Origin: Octopus bimaculoides
Taxonomy: Eukaryota
Direction: 5' to 3'
Length of the DNA: 46,736 nt
NCBI RefSeq assembly: GCF_001194135.2
Contig: NC_068993.1
Location: 17,968,840 to 18,015,575, forward strand
Shown here: piece by piece, positions 1 to 11,232 of the stretch
Position numbering within the stretch: the first letter of the stretch is position 1
Layout of the letters: each line of letters begins with the position of its first letter
The notes under the pieces: model-generated
Databases searched by the model: none
What the model was told of the DNA's origin: nothing
Seen by the model: only the letters and a program-made list of their open reading frames with translations
Made by a program: the position numbers and the translations under genes

Positions 1-119
1 TATTCTCACTTTTAATTGAATATTGAAAAAAGAGAGAAAATGCAAGGGAAGTAAATTTTGGTGGTAACGACTAAACCCCTTGATTCATTATCACAATTAA
101 AAAGAAATTCAGAGGTGTA

Positions 120-950
120 ACATTGCGCAAGTTCCTTCTTGGTTTACCCTGAGATCTCATGCCGGTTGGCTCGGCTCGAAGAATCTATCTTGCGATTCTT
201 TCCTGCAATATTCTAATCACATTTCTGTAGTAGCGGTGCGGTAATCTTCAATGCGGAGAAGTAGTGGCTCAACCAGGAGTGAGTCCCTGATCTCTGAGCT
301 ACGCACTCTGTCGAGTATCATTACTCCGGAGATCCTTCGGACGAACCCCATTTCGGCCGCTTAAATTCGCGATCGTCCTCTTTCGGTTATTACACTCATG
401 ACCATAAGTGATGATAGGCTCGAAAACCGAATTGATAACGAATTTGGCTCGTTCACCAACTTCTCTGAGGATCGAATGCTGGTGCTAGCGTATTAGTTTG
501 TCGGTACCTGCAATTTTAACACCCAGTTCAGCCTCCTGTTTCCCATTATTCGTGAATATTGCCCTGAGATGTTAAAACTTTCACTTGTCTCAGTGATATT
601 CCGCAAGCATGTAGGGTTCACTGGAAATGCTTTCTTGAAGGGGCCAATGTCTCAGTCTTCGCGACACTGATTCACATCCTTGCCTTGTACATTCAGTACA
701 TACTGAGGTCATTTCCAGGTAGGCCAAATTGCACCATGTCGTCTGCAAATTGCATCATGTCGTCTGCAAATATCAACCGACAGATCCTATGCCCACTGAC
801 TATGGTACCACTTCCATAACGACTGCGCAAGACAACCCAGATAAAAGTTATGAAAAGGATAGATGACAATACACGCTCCTGACGAAGTCGAAAGGTTTCG
901 ACTTTGTACCATATACTCGAACACAAACACCCAGTCTTTCGTACAGAAAC
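120..950 (-). mobile_element. Decayed RTE-clade LINE fragment (RT domain to C-terminus)
   Basis: Minus-strand translation across frameshifts gives LYERLGVCVRVYGTKSKPF..LRQ.RVLSSILFITFI..RICRLIFADD, then FEPIITYGHE..AAEMGFVRRISGVMILDRVRSSEIRDSLLVEPLLLRIE, typical RTE reverse-transcriptase and downstream motifs; several stops/frameshifts. Confidence 0.85.
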
Positions 951-1366
951 AATTTTTTAATTATCTAAATGAAAAATTCTCCTAGAGAGATGAAAGTAAT
1001 ATAGATAAATGCTTACCCGCTCGTCATATCTTTGCAATGAGTGAATGACAACAAAACCAGAACGGTGGTGCACTACCCTGGTGACTGATCGCAGTTACAG
1101 AGCCAGAAACACGAGTTTCACGTCTTGCATGACAATTCTGTTGACCAGAATATAAACAACGATACAGTTCATCTAAAATAAGATAACGTTGGCTTACAGT
1201 ATTCTCACAACATAGTTTATTTATGATAAATTTATGGTTTCATATACTGTTGTAATATTTTATAGCCAAGCTTAGATTGGAACATTCTTCCTCCCCAAGA
1301 CCACATATCTTTCAATGGGTGAATGATGAATCAAACTAAACTGGTTTTTTCCACAAAATATCCTAG

Positions 1367-1409
1367 TAAAATAGGATGCGGCGTGTCTTATAAGCCGGCA
1401 AATGTGGTA
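1367..1409. mobile_element. Possible isolated terminal inverted repeat of a pogo/Tigger-like DNA transposon
   Basis: aaaataggatgcggcgtgtcttataagccggcaaatgtggta resembles recalled pogo-type right ends (..GTGCGTCTTATA.GCCGGCAAATACGGTA); no partner TIR found. Confidence 0.3.
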
Positions 1410-2768
1410 CTAATTTAACCAGCATGTCACAATTAGACTCACACAAGTCTTGCTTCTTCTCTTTACTTATACCACCAGTACAACGACTTCTGCTTCTCTG
1501 AATTAGTAACATGCATGTAGCTTCCACCAAGCTTCATAGTCTCTCCTCTTCTTATGCTTCCATTGTGTCATAAAAAAGTTCCCTAGCATTTCTTTCCAGA
1601 TCATTAATCCATTGGAACTCTCAAATGACAAATTCACAGAAGACCCAGCTGAACATCAACTGTAACAATTCTTCATATTTGAGTAGACATACAAAAAAGG
1701 TTTGAGCGATACTTCCATTTAGTTTCCTTTCTCTCTATGCACGCCTAGCTGTCTGTTACAGTTATGGAAACAAGGGATACGGCAGGGATGTAGCTTTCCC
1801 TTGCTTTCCTGCTCACGGAAAGGGATGGCACATAGGATCTTGTCATCAAACCTCAGCATGTCGGGCCTTAGCGTACCCCACTATTTCTTAATACTCATTT
1901 CCATCACTGGCTTGTTACTGTTACCATGCAAGCACGGATCCACAATATCTCTTTCTCTCTCTCCCCCCTCCCCCCCCTCTCTCTCTCTATATATAATATA
2001 TATATATGCTTTAGATTTTTTACTTGTTTCTTATTTCTTCGCGCTTTTTTCTTTCTCGCGGATCTTTTCCACCACTTTACCAGGCCTCTCTCTCTCTCTC
2101 TCTCTCTTTCTCTCTATCCCTCTCTCTTGTTTTTCCCNNNNNNNNNNCTTCATCCACATGTACATATAGATACATAACTGGGTACATGACGTGGCAAAAG
2201 AACATGGACAAAATGATAAACAAGGTACAACAAACAAGCAAGCCACATAGAAACATCTCCTTCATCAGCTGCCACCATTAAAACACCGGCGTTTCGAACA
2301 ATTAAGGCAGTACGCATCGTTGATGCTTTAGATTTTTTTTTACTTGTTTCTTATTTCTTCGCGCTTTTCTCTTTCTCGCGGATCTTTTCCACCACTTTAC
2401 CAGGCCTCTCTCTCTCTCTCTCTCTCTTTCTCTCTATCCCTCTCTCTTGTTTTTCCCGCTTATTTCTACTATCATTTTGTTCTTTCTCTCCCTCTCTTTC
2501 CCTTTTCTATTTTTCTTCCTTTCCACTTCAATTATATGACATCTCTCTCCTTCTCGTCTTTTGCTTTTTCTTTCCTTCCAGTACAATTCTGTTTTTCTTT
2601 TCGCTTCTTACTCTTTTACTTTCTCCACCAGTTATAGTGTACACCTTTATTCTGTCTTCCTCTCTGTTTTCCCTCTTATTCTTATTTACTTGTCAATGCA
2701 ACACTTTGTTTTTATCCTTCTCTCTCATTTTCTATTTTCTACACTCACCGCCGTCTGTTGATATTTAC

Positions 2769-2782
2769 CTCGCCATAGCAAC
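2769..2782. promoter_or_regulatory. RFX X-box-like motif upstream of the PIFO-like start codon
   Basis: CTCGCCATAGCAAC matches GTNRCCATRGYAAC except at position 1, with a perfect AGCAAC half-site, 33 bp before ATG 2816 of a ciliary-type gene. Confidence 0.6.
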
Positions 2783-2815
2783 GGAGACTTGAATTCACTC
2801 TGCGGATTGAAAAAT

Positions 2816-2864
2816 ATGGATCCAGGTGGCTTGCAAGTAAGCCTTAGTGCATTCTTACCAACAG
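2816..2864 (+). CDS. PIFO: Pitchfork/CIMAP3-like gene, coding exon 1 (MDPGGLQVSLSAFLPT)
   Basis: ATG at 2816, donor ACAG|gtaaca at 2865; 49 nt ends in phase 1, matching exon 2 (G|CC = Ala); X-box immediately upstream. Confidence 0.6.
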
Positions 2865-3196
2865 GTAACAAAACAAGTATTTTATTTCTATAATATTAGT
2901 AACTCACACTATTTTAGTCAGGGTGGCCTGGTTTTTGTCAAGGGAATTAATATATTTTGCGTGTCGTCATGTGAGTTCAATTAAAAATAAAAGACAAACA
3001 TGATTAGGATCTTATGGTTCAAGAAATATACAAATCTAATTACATACATAACACGTATGTATATGATATATGAATAGTACAAAACCACATTAAAATACAA
3101 TTCCTAAACAATAGTATACATACATGCATACTGACTTGCATCATACATATACATAAACAATCACACATGCAACACATTCGTACATACATACATACA

Positions 3197-3374
3197 TACT
3201 CTTTTACTTGTTTCAGCCCTTTGACTGCGGCCATGCTGGAGCATTGCTTTAAAGGGTTTTTGTCGAAGAAATCTACCCCAGGACTTATTCTTTTTAAGCC
3301 TAGTACTTATTCTATCGGTCTCTTTAGGGGAACTAAACACACCAACACCGGCTGTGGGAGGAGGGGACTGACAG
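3197..3374 (-). mobile_element. tRNA-derived SINE family 2, 3' part (cut by gap)
   Basis: Shares cttttacttgtttcag..ccatgctggagca..cccaggacttattc..agtacttattctatcggtctc with copies at 8803, 14108 and 40460. Confidence 0.8.
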
Positions 3375-4157
3375 NNNNNNNNNNNNNNNNNNNNNNNNNN
3401 NNNNNNNNNNNNNNNNNNNNNNNNNNNNNNNNNNNNNNNNNNNNNNNNNNNNNNNNNNNNNNNNNNNNNNNNNNNNNNNNNNNNNNNNNNNNNNNNNNNN
3501 NNNNNNNNNNNNNNNNNNNNNNNNNNNNNNNNNNNNNNNNNNNNNNNNNNNNNNNNNNNNNNNNNNNNNNNNNNNNNNNNNNNNNNNNNNNNNNNNNNNN
3601 NNNNNNNNNNNNNNNNNNNNNNNNNNNNNNNNNNNNNNNNNNNNNNNNNNNNNNNNNNNNNNNNNNNNNNNNNNNNNNNNNNNNNNNNNNNNNNNNNNNN
3701 NNNNNNNNNNNNNNNNNNNNNNNNNNNNNNNNNNNNNNNNNNNNNNNNNNNNNNNNNNNNNNNNNNNNNNNNNNNNNNNNNNNNNNNNNNNNNNNNNNNN
3801 NNNNNNNNNNNNNNNNNNNNNNNNNNNNNNNNNNNNNNNNNNNNNNNNNNNNNNNNNNNNNNNNNNNNNNNNNNNNNNNNNNNNNNNNNNNNNNNNNNNN
3901 NNNNNNNNNNNNNNNNNNNNNNNNNNNNNNNNNNNNNNNNNNNNNNNNNNNNNNNNNNNNNNNNNNNNNNNNNNNNNNNNNNNNNNNNNNNNNNNNNNNN
4001 NNNNNNNNNNNNNNNNNNNNNNNNNNNNNNNNNNNNNNNNNNNNNNNNNNNNNNNNNNNNNNNNNNNNNNNNNNNNNNNNNNNNNNNNNNNNNNNNNNNN
4101 NNNNNNNNNNNNNNNNNNNNNNNNNNNNNNNNNNNNNNNNNNNNNNNNNNNNNNNNN

Positions 4158-4214
<57 letters not shown>

Positions 4215-4369
4215 TTCATACCAACAAATTCAGATATTAGACTGACCCCAAGAGCAGTCCCCTGATTTAAACAGAAGAGCATGCTACTATATTAACTGGA
4301 AGCTTGAATTTCACAAAGGGAAAAAAATTTAAATCCCAAAGATTACAACTATAAGCTAACAAAGGCACT

Positions 4370-4720
4370 ATTGTCATCATCATGTATTGTATGCCTGCAG
4401 CGTATTGATGACACTACAACAAAAGTCTTCCTGATTAAGTGCAAATTCTTCAGCTGCCTTACCATTTTTGTTCAACCAACTCTTAATATTGACCATCTAT
4501 TGATTTCATTGTCAGCCTCTCTGACTCTTCATCTATTGCCCCTCTATTCTTTCTTCGATAATGTTTTCCAAGCCTCAGCTTCATCGAATATGGCCATAAT
4601 AGATGAACTTTTGTTTTTTTCACAATGTTCAGAAGTCTTTCACCTACTTGTTGTAACATCCTTTCATTTCTCTGATGATCTTTGTAAGAGACTTGTAGCA
4701 TTCTCACACATCTCAATATG
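4370..4720 (-). mobile_element. RTE LINE 3' fragment
   Basis: Minus translation RMLQVSYKDH..NERMLQQVGERLLNIVKK.K....GH..(IEGK)IEG, the RTE C-terminal region. Confidence 0.7.
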
Positions 4721-5106
4721 GGCACAGGTGTGGCTGAGTGATAAGAAGCTTGCCTCCCAACCACATGGTACTATATTCAGTCCCACTGTGTGGCACTTTG
4801 GGCAAGTGTCATTTACTATAACCTCAGGCCGACCAAAGCCTTATGAGTGGATTTGGCTGATGGAAACTGAAAGAAGCCCATCCATGTGTGTATGTGTCTT
4901 TGTGTCTGTGTTTGTCTCCTACCACTGCTTGACAACTGCTGTTTGTATGTTTAGATCCCTGTAACTTAGTAGTTCAGCAAAAATGACTGATAGAATAAGC
5001 ACCAGACTTAAAGCCCTGAAGTCGTTTTGTTTGACTCAAACCCTTCAAGGCAGTGCCCCAGCATGGCCACAGTCAATTGACTGAAACAAGTAAAGGATAA
5101 AAGATA
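4721..5106 (+). mobile_element. tRNA-derived SINE family 2, full-length diverged copy
   Basis: ggcacaggtgtggctg head, ctttgggcaagtgtc core, tail ccagcatggccacagtcaattgactgaaacaagtaaag. Confidence 0.85.
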
Positions 5107-5590
5107 ATGAATATATAGAAGATATCAGGAACAGATTGAAACACTACTCGAGATGCAAGAAGGAAAGAACCCAGATAATAGGTCGTAATTCATGTAACAT
5201 GAAATTCTTGAATCTGTCAAAATAAATGTACCAAAAAGGAAGAGAATCAAAAGGCAACCATGTATATGTCTGAAGCAACCATGGATCTTGTTGAAAAAAA
5301 GGGGGAAAGCAAGAACTTTGGGTTTCAACTCAGAAGAATATAAAAAGGTTAAATGAGAATGTTAGAAAGATACAAAAAACAATTATGTAACGAGTTTGTG
5401 TGAAAATCGAGAGGAACAAGCAACACACAATGACACAAATAGTCTTTCTTAACAGGTGAAAGAACTCAACATAGAATACGCTGCAAAGATGGGTAGCATC
5501 AAATCACAAGAAGGAATAGTCTTAACAGCAGCACAACAAGTAAAGCAAAGATAGTCAGAACACACCAGAAAATTGCATGAGAGACATTAT
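5107..5590 (+). mobile_element. RTE LINE fragment (linker upstream of RT)
   Basis: Across frameshifts: KRKRIKRQP.MSEATMDLVEK.GKAR..KMGSIKSQEGIVLTAAQQVKQR.SEHTRKLHER. Confidence 0.65.
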
Positions 5591-5637
5591 CACATACATG
5601 TAAAGCAGAACATTCAAGAAGTTCACTGCTCTGTGTG

Positions 5638-5703
<66 letters not shown>

Positions 5704-6022
5704 NNNNNNNNNNNNNNNNNNNNNNNNNNNNNNNNNNNNNNNNNNNNNNNNNNNNNNNNNNNNNNNNNNNNNNNNNNNNNNNNNNNNNNNNNNNNNNNNN
5801 NNNNNNNNNNNNNNNNNNNNNNNNNNNNNNNNNNNNNNNNNNNNNNNNNNNNNNNNNNNNNNNNNNNNNNNNNNNNNNNNNNNNNNNNNNNNNNNNNNNN
5901 NNNNNNNNNNNNNNNNNNNNNNNNNNNNNNNNNNNNNNNNNNNNNNNNNNNNNNNNNNNNNNNNNNNNNNNNNNNNNNNNNNNNNNNNNNNNNNNNNNNN
6001 NNNNNNNNNNNNNNNNNNNNNN

Positions 6023-6250
6023 TGTGTGTGTGTGTGTGTGTGTATCTGTGTTTGTTCCCCCAACATCACTTGACAACTAATGCTGGTGTGTTTACATCCC
6101 CGTAACATAGTGGTTTGGCAAAAGAGACCGATAGAATAAGTAGTAGGCTTACAAAGAATAAGTCCTGGGATCAGTTTGCTCGACTAAAGGCAGTGCTCCA
6201 GCATGGCCACAGTTAAATGACTGAAAAAGTAAAAGGATGAAAGAATAAAA
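6023..6250 (+). mobile_element. tRNA-derived SINE family 2, 3' part
   Basis: (TG)n then gagaccgatagaataag..gctcgactaaaggcagtgctccagcatggccacag. Confidence 0.85.
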
Positions 6251-6445
6251 GAAAAAATTCTGATTTTAAATTCTGCTGAGGTTGACCTTAGATTTCCTCC
6301 TTTCTGGGTCAATGAAGTAAGGACCAGTTGAGCACTGCAGTCGATGTCATTGACTTCCCCCATCGCCCAAAATTCTTTGACCTTGTGCCTATAATAGAAA
6401 AGCTTTTTGTTCTTATTCTTATTCTTTTTATTATCATTCTTTTAG

Positions 6446-6591
6446 CCAAGAACTCAGGCAATGCTGTATTTGAAAGTTTCCGACATAGAGATGTGTATCC
6501 CTTTATGCTACCTGCCAGCAAGTTTTTGATCAAACATCTGCAGCCTAAAGGGTTTCCTTTGGTAGGACCTGGAAGATATGAAAATGAGGAG
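6446..6591 (+). CDS. PIFO: Pitchfork/CIMAP3-like gene, coding exon 2 (KNSGNAVFESFRHRDVYPFMLPASKFLIKHLQPKGFPLVGPGRYENEE)
   Basis: Pyrimidine tract plus tttag| acceptor and GAG|gtatgt donor; 146 nt phase 1 to 0; F..R.V[FY]P and G.P..GPG.Y pattern recalled from Pitchfork N-termini. Confidence 0.85.
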
Positions 6592-6775
6592 GTATGTTTA
6601 AAACATTTTCAGTGAGATCTATAAATCTGATATTTAGCTTTAAGTTTTCTCTAAGAAAAAAAATCAGCTGAGTGTCAATCCTGAAATGGTAGTACCTTCT
6701 TCACCCAATGGAAGATTATCCAAACTTAGGGGCTTTACTGTATAATGCTTTTTAATGCCTTAGTAAGGACATCCA

Positions 6776-7162
6776 GTGGAGGCGCAATGGCCCAGTGGTT
6801 AGGGCAGCGGACTCATGGTCATAGGATCACGGTTTCGATTCCCAGACCGGGCGTTGTGAGTGTTTATTGAGCGAAAACACCTAAAGCTCCACGAGGCTCC
6901 GGCAGGGGATGGTGGCGAACTCTGCTGTACTCTTTCACCACAACTTTCTCTCACTCTTACTTCCTGTTTCTGTTGTACCTATATTTCAAAGGGTCAGCCT
7001 TGTCACACTGTGTCATGCTGAATATCCCCGAGAACTACGCTAAGGGTACACATGTCTGTGGAGTGCTCAGCCACTTGCACATTAATTTCATGAGCAGGCT
7101 GTTCCGTTGATTGGATCAACTGGAAACTTCGACGTCGTAAGCGACGGAGTGCCAACACACAC
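6776..7162 (+). mobile_element. tRNA-derived SINE family 1, full-length with 11-bp target-site duplication
   Basis: A box TGGCCCAGTGG, B box GGTTTCGATTCC; flanked by identical aaggacatcca at 6765-6775 and 7163-7173; near-identical copies at 12212 and 35303. Confidence 0.9.
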
Positions 7163-7332
7163 AAGGACATCCAACTGTGGGAGCCATGCCAATGCAAACT
7201 GTAGGGCCTCTCTTGCCAGCTCCTGTCTAAGTGTCCGACCCAGTATGCAGGCAGTATTTAAATGACGAGGATGAGCATGAGGGTGATGATGACTGCAAAC
7301 CACCACTAGTTTTCTTGGACTCTGTTTTTCAC

Positions 7333-7685
7333 AGAGGCAGCAAGCTGACAGAATTGTTAGCACACTGGGTAAAATGCCTAGCATTTCATCTGTCTTTACA
7401 TTCTGAGTTCAAATACAACTGAGGTCTACTTTGCCTTTCATCCTTTTAAGGTTGATAAAATAAATACCAGTTGAACACTGGAGGTCGATGCAATTGACTT
7501 AGCCCCGTCCCCACGAAATTCTGGCCTTCTGTCAAAATTTGAAATCAATATTTGCTTATGCATAAGGTGGCGAACTGGCAGAGTCGTTAGCACACTGGGC
7601 AACATGCTTCATGGCATTTCATCCATCTTTACATTCTGAGTTCGAATTCTGCCTAGCTTGATTTGCCTTACCTGTACCAGTAGAT
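7333..7685 (+). mobile_element. Two adjacent SINE family 3 copies
   Basis: Each has ggc.gc.agctggcagaa..gttagca..ttctgagttcaaat..gagg..ctttgcctttcatcc, a motif recurring many times in the window. Confidence 0.75.
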
Positions 7686-8086
7686 CACTAAGAGCACCGT
7701 CCGAGCATGATCGTTGCCAGAGCACCAGCTGTCTGGCTTCCGTGCAGGTGGCAGGTCAATAGCACCATTTGAGTGTGATCATTACCAACGTCGCATTCCT
7801 GGCACTTGTGCCTGTCACACGTGAAAAGATGTCCGAGCGAGTTCGTTGCCAAGTACCTCCTGACTGGCTTTCGTGCCGGTGGCACGTAAAAGCACCCACT
7901 ACACTCTCAGAGTGGTTGGCGTTAGGAAAGGCATCCAGCTGTAGAAACTCTGCCAGATCAGATTGGAGCCTGGTGCAGCCATCTGGTTCACCAGTCCTCA
8001 GTCAAATCGTCCAATCCATGCTAGCATCGAAAGCGGATGTTAAACGATGATGATGATGATGACGATGATGATGATGACAATGATGA
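7686..8086 (+). mobile_element. SINE family 4 with (GAT)n tail
   Basis: ggtggcacgtaaaagcacccactacactc..gtcaaatcgtccaa.ccatgctagcat.gaaagcgga.gttaaacgatgatgat, shared with 11233, 13579, 19082, 28085, 37075, 43345. Confidence 0.85.
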
Positions 8087-8389
8087 CTTTCACAATTAAT
8101 AAAATAAGTATCTGTTTAGCACTGGGGTCGCTATTATTAACTTACACCCTCCCCCAAAATTGCTGGCCTTGTGCCAAAATTTGAAACCAGTATTTGTCTA
8201 TACAGTTTCTATTCCTACTGGCCATTGGCCTTATACATCAATAAATTTGTACTCTGATGCCAAATTTTATTGAAATAAGTTGTCTTAATGCTATTGTAAA
8301 TTCTTTCCCTGTGTGTATTAAACAACTCATTATGCTTTCAGTCAGCTTCATTGCTTTCATACTTGAATTTTTTTTAAATTAATTTTTAG

Positions 8390-8491
8390 AAAACAAATAT
8401 GAATGCAGTCTTGAAGTCCAAACTACACAGCAAAATAACATCCCATCCAATGACTACACGGAAAACAGCAACATTTCTAAAGGCTAGAAAA
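8390..8491 (+). CDS. PIFO: Pitchfork/CIMAP3-like gene, coding exon 3 (KTNMNAVLKSKLHSKITSHPMTTRKTATFLKARK)
   Basis: aatttttag| acceptor, AAA|gttggt donor; 102 nt open, phase 0 to 0 as required between exons 2 and 4; donor is weaker than the others. Confidence 0.65.
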
Positions 8492-8802
8492 GTTGGTGTT
8501 CACTTTTATCTTTATTATCATTATCACCATAATTATTGTTATTATAATTATTATTATTATTATTAAGGCAGTGAGCTGGCAGAATCGTTAGCATGACGAG
8601 CGAAATGGGTGTGTTGATCAACTTAAATAGGTTTATGTCAAGTATATTTCCTTACCACCATCCCCTTCCCCACTTCCTCTTCTGTGACACACAAACACTC
8701 TATACATTAACATAACACATTATGGAACAACAGTGCATTTCATACTGACTGGGTTACCAAAAGTGGAGGAAGAATATATTGGCCTGTTTGGTACATTCAC
8801 AC

Positions 8803-9226
8803 ATACACTCTTTTACTCTCTTTTACTTGTTTCAGTCATTTGACTGTGGCCATGCTGGAGCACCGCCTTTAGTCGAGCAAATCGACCCCAGGACTTATTC
8901 TTTGTAAGCCTAGTACTTATTCTATCGGTCTCTTTTTTTGCCGAACCGCTAAGTGACGGGGACATAAATACACCTGCATTGGTTGTCAAGCAATGCTAGG
9001 AGGACAAGCACAGACACACAAACATAGACACACACATATATATATACATATATATATATATATACGACGGGCTTCTTTCAATTTCTGTCTACCAAATCCA
9101 CTCACAAGGCTTTGGTTGGCCCGAGGCTATAGTAGAAGACACTTGCCCAAGGTGCCACGCAGTGGGACTGAACTCGGAAACATGTGGTTGGTAAGCAAGC
9201 TACTTATCACACAGCCACTCCTGCAC
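8803..9226 (-). mobile_element. tRNA-derived SINE family 2, full-length
   Basis: Reverse complement of the 4721/6023 copies including head and ctctttta tail. Confidence 0.9.
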
Positions 9227-9714
9227 TTATATTTTTTTTTACACACAAACAAATTAAAATGGATGTTTTCTTTTTATAATTCCCAAGAAAAAAGAAAAAT
9301 TGCAGAACTTTACATTTTCTATGAACTTTACATTATTGCAGGGACATTTTTTTCAACAATTTTTCAGATAGATAGGTAGATAGATTGATTGATCCTTCAA
9401 TACTGCCTATGGGGATTTTCACATCTCAAGAAAGATATTTCATCATGCCATTTTCCAAACGGCTGTGGAATTTCTACAAGTACTGCTAGTTATTATTATT
9501 ATTATTGGTGGTGGTAGTGGTGGCCAATTTCCTTTCCAGTATTTCTACCACCATCATTATCTGTATATCTGTGTCCTAAAAGGCTGAGTCAACAGAGTCA
9601 GTACTGTTGATTGCTATAAACATTGTGGAAGAGGCTAAGTAACTAATGAAAGGAAGTTTTCTTTATGATGCAGTTCTCAATGAATCATATGTGGGTGTAT
9701 GTGTGTGTATGTGA

Positions 9715-10024
9715 TTAAAAAGACCCCCTTTGGTCATGAATGATCATCAGATTGCACCTAGAAAGTTCCCCTCCAAGGCACAAGTCCAAGCAAGTCATCC
9801 ATGCATACCAGCATCCCCTCTCCGTGCCACTGATGTTTTCCAAGGAAAAGGCAAAGGTCAGTACAGTTTGGCATCAGTGATGTTGCAGCTCATTTCTACA
9901 GCTGAGTGAACTGGAGCAACGTGAAATAAAGTGTCTTGCTCAAGAACACAACACACAGCCTGATCCAAGAATCAAACTCACTACCTCATGACTGTGAGCC
10001 CGACACTCTAACCACTGAGCCATG
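9715..10024 (-). mobile_element. SINE family 5 (tRNA-like head at right end)
   Basis: Matches 28707-29040: ggtcatgaatga..gcacctagaaagtt.ccctcc..gaaataaagtgtcttgctcaagaacacaaca..ctctaaccactgagccatg. Confidence 0.8.
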
Positions 10025-10873
10025 TGATTATAAGTTGGCAAATAGTGCTCTCTTTCTCTTGCCTCTTTTTGCCACTATGTTCCTCTAGTAAACTTTCTCT
10101 CTACCTTTTGTTTTCATCAACCATTTCATTGCATATTTGGATACAGTTGTGCAACCTCTACCTAGCCACCCTTCCTGCTTTTTTACTCCGAAAGCCTTCC
10201 TTGTCACTGTGTCACCAACATTTTCATCTCTCTTTCCAGTTCCACTCAGATAACTCCCGCCTTTTCTTGTCTAAAGTGAGCAGCTTTAACAGCTCTTGTC
10301 TCTTTAACAGCAACAAACCTCTTGTGGCCCCTTCCTTCATATTCTAAATCAGCTGAAACATTGTATTAACAAGAAACAAGATGAGGACAAATATCAGTCA
10401 AATATAAATAATGTACATAATTCGTCATCTCTTAAATATAGAACTGGAAATAATTTTTGTCCCTTTTTAAAGAAACGAAAGGGTTTATAGGGCTGCAAAA
10501 AAGAAGTGCTCAAATGAAACTGAGACAAAAACAAAAAACATTGATTAGAGAACAATCAAATTCGAATCAACAATTTTATATAACACCATGCTTCCATACA
10601 TTTGAGCATATATGAATATTACCATGGCCTGCAACATATAAAAGGAATACATATATAAAAGCACAGAAGGTAAAAAAATATATATATGCACATAAAAATA
10701 CAAAATATATAGAAAGGCCTACCAAGAAAAGGTATATACAAATACTAAAGCATGTCAAGCGACTAAAAACTAAAAATATCAATTAGCTAAAAAGAAAAAA
10801 GCTTCTACTCCTTTCAATTAAAAATATATGAAAATAGTTCGTCGGTGAACGACCCGAGTGTGGAATTCCTGTT

Positions 10874-10957
10874 CATCCTGATGAAGGGGTCATTGCTGAG
10901 ATGCGCTTTAACTCATAACAAGAACCAGGTAGTGAACTCCCGAAATGGCCATAGATG
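10874..10957 (+). ncRNA. Type I minimal hammerhead ribozyme motif (Penelope-type)
   Basis: Stem I CATC/GATG; core CTGATGA 10878-10884; extended stem II GGGGTCATTGCT/GGTAGTG(A)ACTCC; GAAA 10942-10945; palindromic stem III ATGGCCAT; putative cleavage after AUA at 10953. Confidence 0.7.
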
Positions 10958-11232
10958 TGTTTTGACTTGATTTTGTGGAACTCTCTTACACTCCTTGGAC
11001 TTCAACCTAATATTGCTTTTATGAAACAAACTATTTTGATATATTTTTAATTGAGGGGAGTAGAAACTTTTTTCTTTTTAGTCGATTGATATTTTTAGTT
11101 TTTAGTCACTTGACATGTTTTGGTATTTGTATATTCCTTTTCTTGACAAATTTTTCTATATATTTTATATTTTTATGTGCATATATATATTTTTACTTTC
11201 TGTGCTTTTATATATGTATTCCTTTTATATGT

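Noticed and set aside
879-903. CTGACGA followed by hairpin aagtcgaaa-gg-tttcgactt
   Set aside because: Lies inside the RTE coding remnant, created by a small deletion; no hammerhead stem II or stem I.
2007-2457. 130-bp direct repeat (2007-2137 and 2323-2457) around a 10-N gap
   Set aside because: Near-identical copies either side of a minimal gap are typical of unmerged contig overlap or two haplotypes.
2458-2760. Long pyrimidine-rich tract upstream of the gene start
   Set aside because: Low-complexity CT/T-rich DNA without a clear mirror repeat; the Phe/Leu/Ser ORFs over it are artefacts.
3161-6108. Long ORFs of 150-370 aa spanning N runs (also 12436-13066, 19186-19774, 43355-43737)
   Set aside because: They are open only because N codons contain no stops; flanks are microsatellite or SINE.
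6776-6860. tRNA gene-like sequence with A and B boxes (also at 12212, 29040, 29079, 35655)
   Set aside because: These are SINE heads with no complete cloverleaf, continuing into shared SINE bodies.
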